Shown: positions 25,021 to 37,760 of the stretch, one piece after another | Numbering within the stretch: position 1 is the stretch's first letter | How the letters are laid out: each line of letters starts with the position of its first letter | Assembly: GCF_963921235.1 (NCBI RefSeq) | Contig: NC_086108.1 | Location: forward strand, 90,336,001-90,400,000 | Source of the DNA: Mobula hypostoma | Taxonomy: Eukaryota | Length of the DNA stretch: 64,000 nt | Direction of reading: 5' to 3' | The notes under the pieces: model-generated | Told to the model about the DNA's origin: nothing | What the model saw: only the letters and a program-made list of their open reading frames with translations | Database searches by the model: none | Program-made: the position numbers and the translations under genes

Positions 25021-26945
25021 AGAATCAAGTTTATTATCACCGGCATGTTAACTTAGCAGCAACAGTTCAATGCAATACATAATCTAGCAGAGAGAAAAAT
25101 AAATAAAATAAAATAAAACATAATAAATTAACATGTAAATCAATTATGTATATTGAATAGATTTTAAAAAACATGCAAAAGCAGAAATACTGTATAATTT
25201 AAAAGAAAGCGAGGTAGTGTCCAAAGCTTCAATGTCCATTTAGGAATCAGATGGCAGAGGGGAAGAGGTTTTTCCTGAATCACTGAGTGTGTGCCTTCAG
25301 GCTTCTGTACCTCCTCCCTGTTGGTAACAGTGAGAAAAGAACATGCCCCGGCTGCTGGAAGTCCTTAATAATGGACGCTGCTTTTCCGAAACACCGCTCC
25401 CTAAAGATGTTCTGGGTACTTTGTAGGCTAGTACCCAAGATGGAGCTGACTAGATTTACAACCCTCTGCAACTTCTTTTGGTCCTGTGCATTAGCCCCCC
25501 CCCCCGCCCCCACCCTCATATCACCCCCAGTGATGCAGCCTATCAGAATGCTCTCCATGGTACAGCTATAGAAGTTTTTGAGTGTATTTGTTGACATGCC
25601 AAATCTCTTTAAACTCTAATGAAGTATAGCTGCTGTCTTGCCTTCTTTATAACTACATCGATATGTTGGGACCAGCTTAGATCCTCGAAGATCTTGACAC
25701 CCAGGAACTTGAAGCTGCTCACTCTCTCCACTTCTGATCCCACTATGAGGATTGGTATGTGTTCCTTCATCTTACCCTTCCTGAAGTCCACAATCTGCTC
25801 TTTCGTCTTACTGACGTTGAGTGCCATATTGTTGCTGCGGCACCACTCCACTAGTTGGCATATCTCGCTTCTGTACACTCTCTCGTCACCACCTGAGATT
25901 CTACCAACAATGGTTGTATCATCAGCAAATTTACAGATGGTATTTGAGTTATGCTTATCCACACAGTTATGTGTATATAGAGAGTAGAGCAGTGGGCTAA
26001 GCACACACCCCTGAGGTGCACCAACCTCTCAAAGCATTTCATCACTGTCGATGTGAGTGCTACTAGGCAATAGTCATTAAGGCAGCCCACATTATTCTTC
26101 TTGGGCACTGGTATGATTGTTGCCTTTTTGGAGCAAGTGGGAACTTCTGCCCTTAGCTGTGAGAGGTTGAAAATGTCCTTGAATACTCCTGCCAGTTGGT
26201 TGGTATAGGTTTTCAGAGCCTTTCCAGGTACTCCATCAGGACCTTCTGCCTTGCGAAGGTTCACTCTCTTTAAAGACAGTCTAAGATCAGCCTCTGATAT
26301 GGAGATCACAGGGTCATCAGGTGCAGCAGGGATCTTCACAGCTATGGTTGTATTCTCTCTTTCAAAACGTGCATAGAAGGCATTGAGTTCATCTAGTCGT
26401 GAAGCATCGCTGCCTTTCCTACTATTGGGTTTTGCTTTGTGGGAAGTAATGTATTGCAGACCCTGCCAGAGTTGCCATGCATCTGATATTGCCTTCAACC
26501 TCATTCAAAATTGTTGCTTTGTCCTTGAAGTAGCCCTCCACAAACCATACCTGGTTTTCTGGTACAGGCCTGGGTCACCAGACTTAAATGCCACAGATCC
26601 AGCCTTCAGCAGACAAGGTACCTCCTGGTTCATCCAGGACTTCTGGCTTGGGAATGTGGGCACACACTCATCCACACAGGTTTTAATGAAGTCGGTAACA
26701 ACTGCGGCATACTCATCCAGATTCAAAGATGAATTCCTGAATACAGTACAGTCCACCGATTCAAAGCAGTCCTGTAGGCACTCCTGTGCTTCCCTTGTCT
26801 ATTTCTTAGTCCTCACTGCTGGTGCTGCAGTCTTCAGTCTCTGCCTATACTCAGGGAGTAGAGTACAGCTAGGTGGTCAGACTTCCCGAAATGAGGGCAT
26901 GGAATAGCGCGGTAGGCATTCTTGATGGTGGTGTAGCAATGTTGA
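25021..26945 (-). mobile_element. Rex1/Babar LINE, 5'-truncated, with an internal RT deletion
   Basis: ORFs contain KAEGPDGVPG, IIPVPKK..LNDY..VALTS..MKCFERLV, PQGCVLSPLLYSLYT, KFADDTTIVG, LNVSKTKE.IVDFRK, FKFLG; (GATTCT)-type tail. Confidence 0.92.
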
Positions 26946-29900
26946 ATAAAAACCTATCTTGCTTTGTACTTGTCATGCTAAATCATCCTATCTGCTTCCT
27001 GTGTTTTCATGGTCCTCACGGAGTGGTGACTGACAGGCTCTTTTCATGAAGCTCACTATGCACTCTTTGCTAGCCAGGAGCTTTTCTGTCTTGGAGCCCA
27101 GCAGATATAGTTGAGATGAGACAGGTCACTAAAACAGAATTCACCAACAAACCTGCAGGTTCACAATGACCACTATGATTCAAAAATTGCTGAGTGTCAA
27201 CTCTGAATAAAATATGTAAATTGAATTGTGGTCAACATACACAGCAGCGGACAGGGTTTTTGACCTATGAAGTTCACACCGACCATCAAGCAACTAATGA
27301 AGGTGATCCTATTTTATTCCATCCGTCAACACCTAATTGATACCAGTCGCTGTTGGATCAGTTCAGCTAGCAGCTCTATAGGATTTGCTCAGATCTTTGC
27401 TGGACTCAGGCTGTGGTCTGCAACTAGCGGACATCTAGATTGGCTGCATTGTGAACTTCAGTTCTGAATGCTGTTTGCTTTTATTTTTTGCACAACTTTT
27501 TTTTCTTTCTCTTTTAGCATACTGGCTGTTTGATGGTCTATTGTTTTTAATGGGTTCTGTTGGGGTTCTCCATTTCATGGCTATAAAATGTTCTTTCAAC
27601 TTTAAACCAGCTGCAATTTACAGTAGTTAATGACCCTACAACTTGTGTGCCCCTGGGAATGTAGAAGAGAACTCGAGTACAGAGAAGAAACCCATATGAT
27701 CGAAAGGAGAATTTGCAAACCCCATCCAGGCAGCATTCTATAGGCCAGGACTGAGACCAGGTCTTTAGAACTGTGAAGCAGCAATTCTACTGACTGCTAT
27801 TGAGGGTAAGTGTGAGCATCTTGATCACGTGAAGGTGCATCTCAATGAGTTATATTAGAATTAATTCTTTTCTAAACCAAATACTGTGTGTTGTTACTTT
27901 GATAAAGTAGCCCTTTGCAATTCTGTGGAAAAGGAGAAGGAAGTATGTAGGGTTCATTTTGTGCTCTGGAGACGAGCAAGAAATCACATTTTACCTTTCA
28001 GAAGTGTAGAAAGCTGATGTTGAACGTACGGAGCAGAAATAGGTCATTTGGTTTTATTCAGGGTTCGGGTTTATCACGTGTACATTGAAACATATAGTGA
28101 AATGCATCATTTGTGCTAACAACCTGAGGGTGCGCTTGGGAGAGCCGCAAGTGTCGTCACACTTTCTGGTACCAACGTATGAGGACGTGGACAGGAATTG
28201 CAATGCTGATGTTTAGAGAAATACTTGCAAGCATCCATCGTCTTATGGAGTGAACATGTATGTTTCTATAATTTTGTTTTTTTTCTTTTGATGATCAAAA
28301 TTGTTCACCCCCTCCATCCCCCACACATAGAACATTACAACATAGTACAAGCCTTTTGGGCCACAATGTTATGCCAAGCTTTTAATCTACTGCAGAAGGA
28401 TTATGGGTTTAATGCCTCTGCTTGTTCTTACCTCATATATGATGCTGGACTAACTAATCTGGTTCACACCTTCACATCATGCTTATTTTACTCTCCCACT
28501 ACTCCACTTTACTTCTCCAGCTTCCTCTAAAACACAACTCTGCTTTTCTTAGCAAGCAATCCATATGACAGTAATTTCCTTCTAATGAAAGTGCTTTCAA
28601 TTTCCATAGTCGTTCCTACAATGAATGGAATAAACCTAGTATAATGCATTATATGCAGTTGAAAAACCTATTTCGATGCCACTGCGCAAAATCATTTATC
28701 ATTATTAAGTTGCACTTCCCTTTCAATTGGCTTTCCTGATGTAATATTATGATACTTCACTGTGAAAGTCTTCACATTTTCTGTTCCTGTCCATCTATTG
28801 TCCTTCAATTGTACGTGTATGTGTTGGTTCCTTTTCTGTCCAACATCATTGTTATTATCAAAGGAAATCAAAAATCTCCATTTTCCTTGAGTAATAGGAT
28901 GTACGTTTCTCCTGAATGAATTAAAAGCATTGTAAGAGAAGGGGAGAAAGGGCTTCTTTATACAGTAGGCTGGAAACACTCAAATTCCTTGCTTCCAGTC
29001 CATGGCCCTGACTATACTGCATTTTATCATCCCAATTTACCGCTTCCTACCCGTTGCATTCCCAAACTAATAGTGTTTCATTATCCTGTATGATGCTTTG
29101 ACTTGTCACACAGATTCATTCCACCAGTTCTTCCAAAGCCCTTAATCCTCTCGATATCTGCATTTGCTCTCTGTACCCGTCCACATGACTCTAAATTCAT
29201 GCTACCAAGTTCACCTGCACAGTGGCAGAATCAGCACGGGAAAGGCCTTACACCATAGAACACCTTAAACTGTAAAGTATGCTCCCTTGAGCCTCATGGG
29301 GGATAGAACTTAGTGTTTGGAGGTCCTGGACAAAACTTCACTGCTCCATTTGGACATTCAGCGGTGCTTTATAGCAATGAGCATTGTGATGTCCAGATAA
29401 TCAACCTCAATTAATGGTCAGGGTCCATGGCATAAAGACGGTGGGAGCCCCTGAGACACCTGATTTTGATGAAGTTTGGTGAGGAATAAATCAAAACATT
29501 GGTGAGAATTTGTTTGCTAAGCCTGGGTAAAGTATCATTTTTGAGAGGTGTATCTATCTGAAATGCAGATCTTTCAACAGTGCACTTAGTATAGCACTAA
29601 GGCTGGATCTCTGTGTGTAAGCACTGGAAGTGCGAATGTTCTGATATGCAAATAAGTGTAATAACGGAGCTTCAGCTAAGGCTAAAGAAAACTGCCGCTC
29701 ATGCTTTAGGAGCATGTTGCAAACCTGTCAAAGGCATTGGGTTGGAAGTTCATCCATTATGTATGAGCTAGTACGCTAGCATGGAAGTCTGCTTCAGAAA
29801 TTCACTTCCACTGAAGTTGCTGGAAACAAATACATTTGTCTCTCTGTCTCTCTAACTTGTGGACAAATTTGATTATGGACATTTATAAACATAGGACTTG

Positions 29901-30799
29901 TTTGCTACCCATGGATGCCACTATATGTTAAATGTAAATTTTGAGTGTTTTCAAATAAAGAATTCTGTATAAGCTGCTTGGGAATTCAATCCAATTTATT
30001 GTTATATCTGAGAAGAGTATGTATATTTGTATTATACAAATACCATTTCATTCCTGTACTTGAATTAATACTTTTATTCTTGTGAAGAGTAATGCTGCAG
30101 TGGTGCAGTTTTCACCTCTTCCTTTGCTTTTGAGGAACCTTTGCTCTGTACAATTAACTTCCCTGCTTTTTTGTCATCAGATGTCAGTATGAAAAATTCC
30201 TAGTTGAATATTACATGAACCACATGCAGAGTTAAACTCTTCTTTCTTTACTCTTACAAGATGATTTTTGCCTCTGCTTCTAAGAGCAACACAAATTATG
30301 GTTCATTTGTTTTGCATTTTCACACTGAAACCATCCTTAACCTTGTTATATCTGTCTGTCTATCTCATATGTGTGTATGTATTATGTATCTCACACTGTG
30401 GTCTTATTTCTATCGGCAATGGCCCAGATTTTGATTGAACAGTGTACTTTGGTGGGTCCCTTTATTTACAGTGTCTTGTGAGCATGCTTAGAATTTGGCA
30501 CCCAGCAGCACTGCAGTGGGTTTGGTGCTTTAACAGCGTGGGACCTTGGAGCTCGCATTTCACTTCTGTCACCATCTGTAAGGAGTTTTTACATTCCCTC
30601 CGTGACTGCATGGGTTTCCTCTTACAGATGGTGGATCATGTGAGCCTGACGTGCTGGTTCTGTGCTGTATATCTAAATAAATAATTCCAATTGGCTGCAC
30701 CATACTTATGCAAGATATCCCATTGGTACAATTGTTACAAGGTAGGATATACTATACAGGTCTGTAATTCTTGAAATTTGTAAACTCCACAATGACGAG

Positions 30800-31185
30800 G
30801 AAGGTTTGATCGTTTTGTGATGTGTCATGTGATGCAGGTGATCATGGACTTTCCACGGCAATGATTCTTCTTGGTAAATTTTTCTACAGAAGTGGTTTGC
30901 CATTGTCTTCTTCTGGGCAGCGTTTTTATAAGACTGGTGAACCTAGTCATTACCAATACTCTTCAAAGATTGTCTGCGTAGCGACAGTGGTCGCATAACC
31001 AGGACTTGTGATATGCACCACTTGCTCACAGGGCCACCCACCACCTGCTCCCATGGCTTTACGTGAACCTGATCTGGGTGGGCAAGCAGGTGCCACACCT
31101 TGCCCAAGGATGACGTGCAGGCTAGCTGAGGGAGGGTGTGCCTTGCGCCTCCTTTGGTAGAGATGAATCTCCACCCCACCACCTC
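30800..31185 (-). mobile_element. RTE/BovB-related SINE-like element
   Basis: Minus strand gaagacaatggcaaaccacttctg resembles the Bov-A/Sauria-SINE motif derived from the BovB 5' UTR. Confidence 0.55.
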
Positions 31186-31364
31186 AGGTGCGAGAGGATA
31201 TAAGCTAAAAGGATAGGGAGCAGTCCTAATGGTTTAAAGTGGATAATGAGGTGGAAAAAGAAGTGCTGAATAGTGTTGCATATGTAAGGTGGGTGATAAG
31301 GATAGTACTTTGATGCCTGCCATCTTTTTGATCAGAGTTCTGCCATAAAGGAAAATATTTCCTT

Positions 31365-31910
31365 CATTGTTGCACGCATATCGAAACACGCAGTGAAATT
31401 TGTCATTTCAGTCAAATCAAATCAGTGAGGATTGTGCCGGGCAGCCCACCAGTGTTGCTGCACTTGCAGCACCGACATAATGTGTCCACAACTCACCAAC
31501 TCTAACTGTTTGTCTTTGGAATACGGGAGAAAACTGGAGCACCATGCTGTCCCAGGGAGAATGTACAAGCTCCTTACAGACAACAGCAGGAATCAGAATC
31601 CGGTTAAATATCCCTGACAAAGGTTGTGGATTTTTCTTTAGTTTTGCAGTGCAATACATAAAACACTAAAATTACAATAAGAAAAAAATATAAAAGATAA
31701 GCAGTGCAACAAGAGAGCAAAAGTAGTGAGGTGGTATTCATGGGTTGGTTCATTGCCCGTTCAGAAACCAGTAGGCAGAGGGGAAGAAACTGTTCTGAGA
31801 ACATTGAGTATGTGTCTTCTGGCTCCTGTACCTCCACCAATCGAACCCCGGTCAGTGGTTGCTGGTGCTGTAAAGCAATTGCATTAACTGCTATGCTACC
31901 GTGCTGCTGT
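31365..31910 (-). mobile_element. V-SINE interrupted by a Rex1-like 3' fragment (about 31595-31838)
   Basis: The B-box reverse complement ggaatcgaaccc is split into ggaatc / aatcgaaccc around the insert. Confidence 0.7.
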
Positions 31911-32599
31911 AGGCACCTACTCGAATACTATGGCAGGTGGTGGGCCTCTTCTAGGTCAGATCTGAATTATCTTGGTTGAGTCAATAGAAATATTGTCATA
32001 GAGTCATATAGCAGAGAAGTAGGCCCTTTGGCCCAACTGGTTGATGTTGACCCAGATTGCAATCTGAGCTAATTCCATTGCGACTCCTGACCCCCCCCAC
32101 CCCATATTGGACCAAGCACTTTAAAAAAAATGAATGTTGTCAAAATATCTACCTCAGCTACTACTCTGGTAGCTTATTCAATATATTGAACACCATCTGG
32201 GAGAAAAGGTTGCTTTCAGGTTCCTATTAAATCTCTCCCCTCTGATCTTAAAGCGATGTACGCACCCTTGTTCTTCATTCCACAGCAGAGGGAAAAGGAC
32301 TGTGTGCATTCAAAAAGATGGTGAATTAGAATCAGTTTTATTATCAACATGTATTGTGAAATTTGCTATTGGCATTTATTCGGTTTGGACCATGTTATGG
32401 ACAGGGAGGATGAACCTTTGGGTTGTCAGGAGAAGAGGATTAGTCCAGCTACCCATGATATTGTGTATCAGCAAACATGGGCGCAAACGGGAATAACCCA
32501 ACTTAGGTTCTTTGCACTAAAGAAATTCAAAGCATTAGACAGTGAAGAAATCCAGGAACAAATCATGCTTTTGCAGCTTTCTCTTTGATCAAGGTGCTG

Positions 32600-33130
32600 G
32601 TAGTGATCTCGTGGCAAATTTCTCCATTCGTCCCGTGCGGAGCGTTCTGACTGGCAGCATCACCGTCTGGTATCGGGGTTGGGTGGGGAGGTGTGGGTGG
32701 CACAGCACAGGATCGAAATAAGCTGCAGAAATTTGTGAACTCAGTCAGCTCCATTATGGTCTCTAGCCTCCCCCGCATTGAGGACATCTTCAAGGATCGA
32801 TGCCTCAAAAAGAAGGACCCCCATCACCCAGGACATGTCCTCTGCTCATTGCTACCATCAAGAAGGAGGTATAGGAGCCTGAAGGCATATGCTCAATGAT
32901 TCAGGAATAGTTTCTTCCCCTCTTCCATCAGATTTCTGAAATGGATATTAAACCCATGGACACTACCTCACTACTTTTTCTTGTTTTCCTCCTTTTTGCA
33001 CCATTTATTTAATTTAACTTTTTAAAGTGTATATACTTAATTTACGGTATATTGCATTGTAATGTACTGCTGCAGTATAACAACAAATTTCATGACTTAT
33101 GCTGGTGATATTAAACTAGATTCTGATTGT
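32600..33130 (+). mobile_element. Rex1/Babar-like LINE 3' fragment
   Basis: AQDRNKLQKFVNS..LPRIEDIFKDRCLKK..DPHHPGH..LLPSRRRYRSLK; attaaactagattctgat tail. Confidence 0.85.
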
Positions 33131-33557
33131 GATGTATAAGCGCAGATGGAATCCGATAACAGTTCATCTGATGGGGAATGTGTTGCTTGAACCGAAAGGA
33201 ACACTGGACAGTTAAAGAGGAAACCTTCCTGACAGGGACTAGACTAGCAGTAGGTAGCAGACCATGAGCTCCATTCTCCTGTTCTTTATCCAATATTCTC
33301 TTTCATATCATTCAAATTTACTTTTGAAAGAAAGATTAGCTTTATATGTCACATGTATGTTAGAACATACAGTAAAATACTTTGCATCCAATCCAATCAG
33401 CGAGAGTTGTGCTGGGCAAGTGTTGCCACATGTCCGGGTACATAGGATGCCCACAACTCACTAACCCTAACCCATACATCTTTGAAATGTGTGGTGGGGG
33501 GCAGAATACCAGAGCATCTGGAGCAAACCCCACACGGTCATAAGGAAACACACAAAA

Positions 33558-34067
33558 GGCTGATTTATACTTATGCGTCAAATGACGCCGTAGGTACGGT
33601 GTCACTGTGAACCCTACGTAGAGCCTACGCAGATCCCTATGCCGTAGCCTGATGCGCACCTCTCCCAAAATGTAACTACGCGTCATGGCAATGCAGACCG
33701 CAACAACTGTAATTGGTCCACTTCGTAGCATTGCATTTCCTCCTACGCTGCAATAGCTTCCCATTGGGTGACTGAAGGGTGGGGAAGGAACTCTGACTGC
33801 AATGCTTTCCATAAAGCTTCACAGACCTCCGAAATTATGGAGGGCACATTTCACTTTTACGAGAAAAGATGCTTTAAACCTGTTTACCCTGAGAAAGACT
33901 ACCATGACTATGAAGCCTTGTGCGGGCAGGTGTGTGTGCGCATGCGCGACGTGCCCGAATTGCAGAGCGACGCAGACACACCAACGCACAAGTATAAATG
34001 CTCTCAATGCGCGTAGGCCACTTGCGTAGGTTACGGCGTCCATTTAACGCAGAAGTATAAATCGGCC
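33558..34067. mobile_element. CpG-rich MITE, PIF/Harbinger-like, inserted in a V-SINE (33335-34105)
   Basis: ~35-bp TIRs GGCTGATTTATACTTATGCGTCAAATGACGCCGTA versus the reverse complement of the right end GGCCGATTTATACTTCTGCGTTAAATGGACGCCGTA; flanks AAA / TAA. Confidence 0.8.
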
Positions 34068-34633
34068 TAATCTCCTTACACAGTGACGGGAATCGAGCCC
34101 CATTTCTTACATTTGGTGCTTCTGTTGATCCTGTCTAAAGCAGTCATGATCTTGCAGCCCTCTGTTAATTTTCTGTATTCCCTAGCATTGCTATTCTAAC
34201 CTTATCACTATTATCTCCCACTAGAAAAATAATTCTAGTCAGTCTTTTCTGCTGTCATTCTAGTAAGACCATTTCATTCTTCCCAAAATGGGGGAAATTG
34301 GGCTGACTTCAAGAGTTCCAGCCAGACTAATCTTTCGTAAAGATTTAAAACAAGATGTCTAATTTTTGTATCCTGTGCTTCCATGCTTTAAGAATCCCAG
34401 GGTTCCATCTGCTTTACTAATCACTATAAATTTTGAATTGTGACTTGATATTTAACTAGTATGTTTTCATCACTAAGGAAGAATTTCTGGTAAATGTAGC
34501 ATTGTGCACACTACATTACTTCTCACTGAAATATGGTCAGCTAAATAGGTTATAAACTTCCTGTAGATTTATAAACTGCGGGCTCTGTATTTCATTTAGC
34601 CCATTTGCTTGTGAATTTGGACTCAGACTAACA

Positions 34634-35340
34634 GTTGTTGTTGTTCAGTCATTAAGTTGAGTCTGACCTTTCATGACCTCATAGACTCCTGCACACCAAG
34701 CCTTCTTGTTGGAAGCTGCCTCTCTAAGATCCCCCGGTCACACGCATTGTCTGAGTAATATTATCTATCCATAGTAACCTCGGTTGTCCTCTCCTTCTTT
34801 TACCTTCTGTTTTACCTGACATGAGAGTCTTCTCCAAGGAATCATGTCTTCTCATGATGTGGCCCAAATATTTGAGCTTTTGTCTCATAATCAAGCCTCC
34901 TAGTGAGCAGTCTGTCTGTATTTCTTCAAGTATTGACTTGTTGGATCTTCTTGCTGTACAACAAGCTCTTAACACTTTCCCCCAGCATCCAAGTTCAAAG
35001 GCTTTGATTATTTTGTATTCGGTCTTACTAATAGTCCAGCTCTCACGGCCATACATCACAACTGGAGATAACAAAGACTTAACTATACTTCGTAGACAAT
35101 GTTAGGTCTCTGCTCTTCAGTATTTTATCTAAATTTGCCATTGCTGACCTCCCCAGAAGTAAACACTATTTAATTTTGTGGCTGCAGTTACCATATATAG
35201 AAATCTTTAAACCAAGGAAGACAAAATCTGCCATGGAGTTAATAAATGGAAAGATTATGGTCGACATAATCTTGGTTTTCTTAGTATTGAGCAACAAGCC
35301 AGCTTTTGCACCTTCTTCTTTCACTTTGATTAGAAGCTTC
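34634..35340 (-). mobile_element. BovB-like RTE LINE 3' fragment
   Basis: KVKEEGAKAGLLLNTKKTKIM, GRSAMANLDKILKSRDLTL, PVVMYGRESWT, TARRSNKSIL, GHIMRRHDSLEKTLM.GK.EGKRRRG; ends gactgaacaacaacaac. Confidence 0.85.
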
Positions 35341-37504
35341 ATCACTAACTACTTGTCTTTAATTTCCTTGCACTCCAGAATTATTTTCCCTCAATAAAAT
35401 TCTCTTTCCTAACCTTGTGAGTTAAAGAGCAAGAATGGCAAGATTGTGCTTTCTCCTGCTCCTGAAGAGATGAAGAGTAAAAATGGAACTTTAAAAAAAA
35501 ATGCTTAAGATTCCAGAGCCTGGCATGTATTTATTTTGGGATTAACCAGATAGCCAACAGAGTTGTACATCTTATCATCCACAATTCATCTGGGGAAGTA
35601 AAAACCAGCGACAGGTAATGTTAGCATTGGTATAGGAAAGCTGCCTATTGCAGATCTGAGCAGAATTCATTCAGATAAGCAAAATGAACAAGCAGAATTC
35701 CTAATGTTGGAAAATGTTAGAAGTGAGATTCAGAGTTGAAATGAGTGATACAGTTTGAAAACCCGTGTTTTTGGAAGGTATTTTACATTCGTAAAAAAAA
35801 ACTGCAAAAAAAAACAATTTGTTAGGTTGGGGTAGTAAGACAGAAAAATATTCACTCTTGTACCCTTTGAAAGACTAGAGCAGAGCAAGTGTGGCAATCA
35901 AGCAGATGGCATGCTCTCTCTTGCTCCTGTGGAGATCAAGAGAAAATCTACTCACAGTTTACACCTCTACATAACCTTCTGTTACAATTTTGGGCATTTT
36001 ATATAACTGTAATTTACCTTAAGGGTTCAACAGCACTTTCCTGCAACCTGGATGCTGTCCCTTTCAGTAACCTGTTCCAGAAGAGCATATACTTAGCTTA
36101 CCTGCAATGGAAGCCTGGATATGACCTCGGACCAGGGCTCACCACTGAACATAATGATAATCAAATAGAAATGGGAAGTAGAGTAAATATTTTTTTAAAA
36201 TGCCAGATAAATCCAGAAAATGCTTGTATTCAGTCAATTTCTTGGCTGTGGTGAAGAATTGCATCCTTAGACTTGAAAATCATCCTGCTTTATTGTCAAG
36301 AAGTGTTCAGCTGCTTCCACCTCCTATGGTGTTGGCATATCACATTGCATGAGCTCCCTTAGCAAAGAGTTTGCCGAGAGTCCTCCATCTGATGATTCAT
36401 CAGATAACACAAGAAATCAAACAGTTTCAGGGAGCATTGAAATATGGATGTTTAAATACGCTTTATGATATCAAATATTTTCGCACGTATGACTGAGTGA
36501 TTTCAGGGATTAGGCATTTTCACACACTTCACTGTCGATTTTGCCAATGTGCTGTGCAAAATTTATAATGGAAACAAAAAATAGACTTCTTATGGCCTTG
36601 CCAGGAATTCACATTGATACAGCTGGCGACAATTTAAATTAGTGAACCATTCTGATCTAAATTCAAAAACCACTTTGGAATTATCACCCTCACTGAATGC
36701 CATCTATTTGATCATGAAGAATTCATTTTCAAAACTCTAATTAAAATAAAACATTTATCACACTATCTTTTAATTCGGAAATTGATTTGTAGACCCTAGG
36801 CTGTTAATTCGTGACAGACCAATTCCAAAGGCAAATGTTATAATTCAGGTGTTCTCCACATCCTTTATATAGAGTTTTGTGCTTTTCCAATTGACAAGAA
36901 GTCTCCTTACTTCCCTGGCTCCTCACACCCGTGAACTCTGATCACGCCAACTGCGTGGCATTACAGTAAGAGCCAAACAACTACAAGCATATTAGTGGAG
37001 GATGTTGTTGGTCTCCAGAAGGTGCGGTTCTGTTGCATTCATCAGTCCAGATTATATACACCCCTTGAGAATGGAGACTTCATGGTAATGTAATGCATTC
37101 TGGGAAACATGGCCAACTGGAGGGAATATTTGGTGTCTGAAGGTGGCTCTGGAATGACCTCCTTTTGCTAGGCTCAGGTAGTGACATAGCAGGCATTTTG
37201 AGGTGAAATTAATATTTTCTCCCACAGGAATGTGTTAAATGGACATTTTAAACAAAGAAGAGTACTGTTAACAATTGGATTTCAACCATTCATCAATCTC
37301 TCATTGCATTTCATCCTCCAGCACAGTTTAATCCATTGATAAGAATAATGAAGTCAGCCAGAAAGACTTCTGAAATAGAGTTTCTGTGGTTTGCACTCAA
37401 GAGTTGTGCGGTGAAATAGAATCTATGCATTCCTCAATTAGATGTGAATCACGTGATTGGCGATCTGAAAAGGGTACAATCCCCATAGTGTTCTCCTTCA
37501 TCAC

Positions 37505-37760
37505 CATAAGACCATGTTCATAAGAACAGAACTAGAACATTCAGTCCAGCGAGTTTCCTCTGCCATTCCATCATGGATGATTTATTATATCTCTCAAACC
37601 CGTTTTCCTGCATTCTCCACACAACCTTCAAAGCAGTGACTAATCCAAAACCTATCAACTTCTGCTTAAATATATCCAGTGACTTGGCCTCCACAGCCGA
37701 CTATGGCAATGAATTACTGAGATTCAACACCCTCTGGCTAAAGAAATTACTCCTCAAATT
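37505..37760 (-). mobile_element. CR1 3' UTR fragment; probable template of the local duplicate at 38575-38763
   Basis: cataagaccat tail (reverse complement); near-identical to 38575-38763. Confidence 0.75.

Noticed and set aside
28692..28979. 95-aa minus-strand ORF that looks protein-like
   Set aside because: The end REVQLNNDK resembles a decayed CR1 WQMxFNxDKC motif; no splice or family support for a host gene
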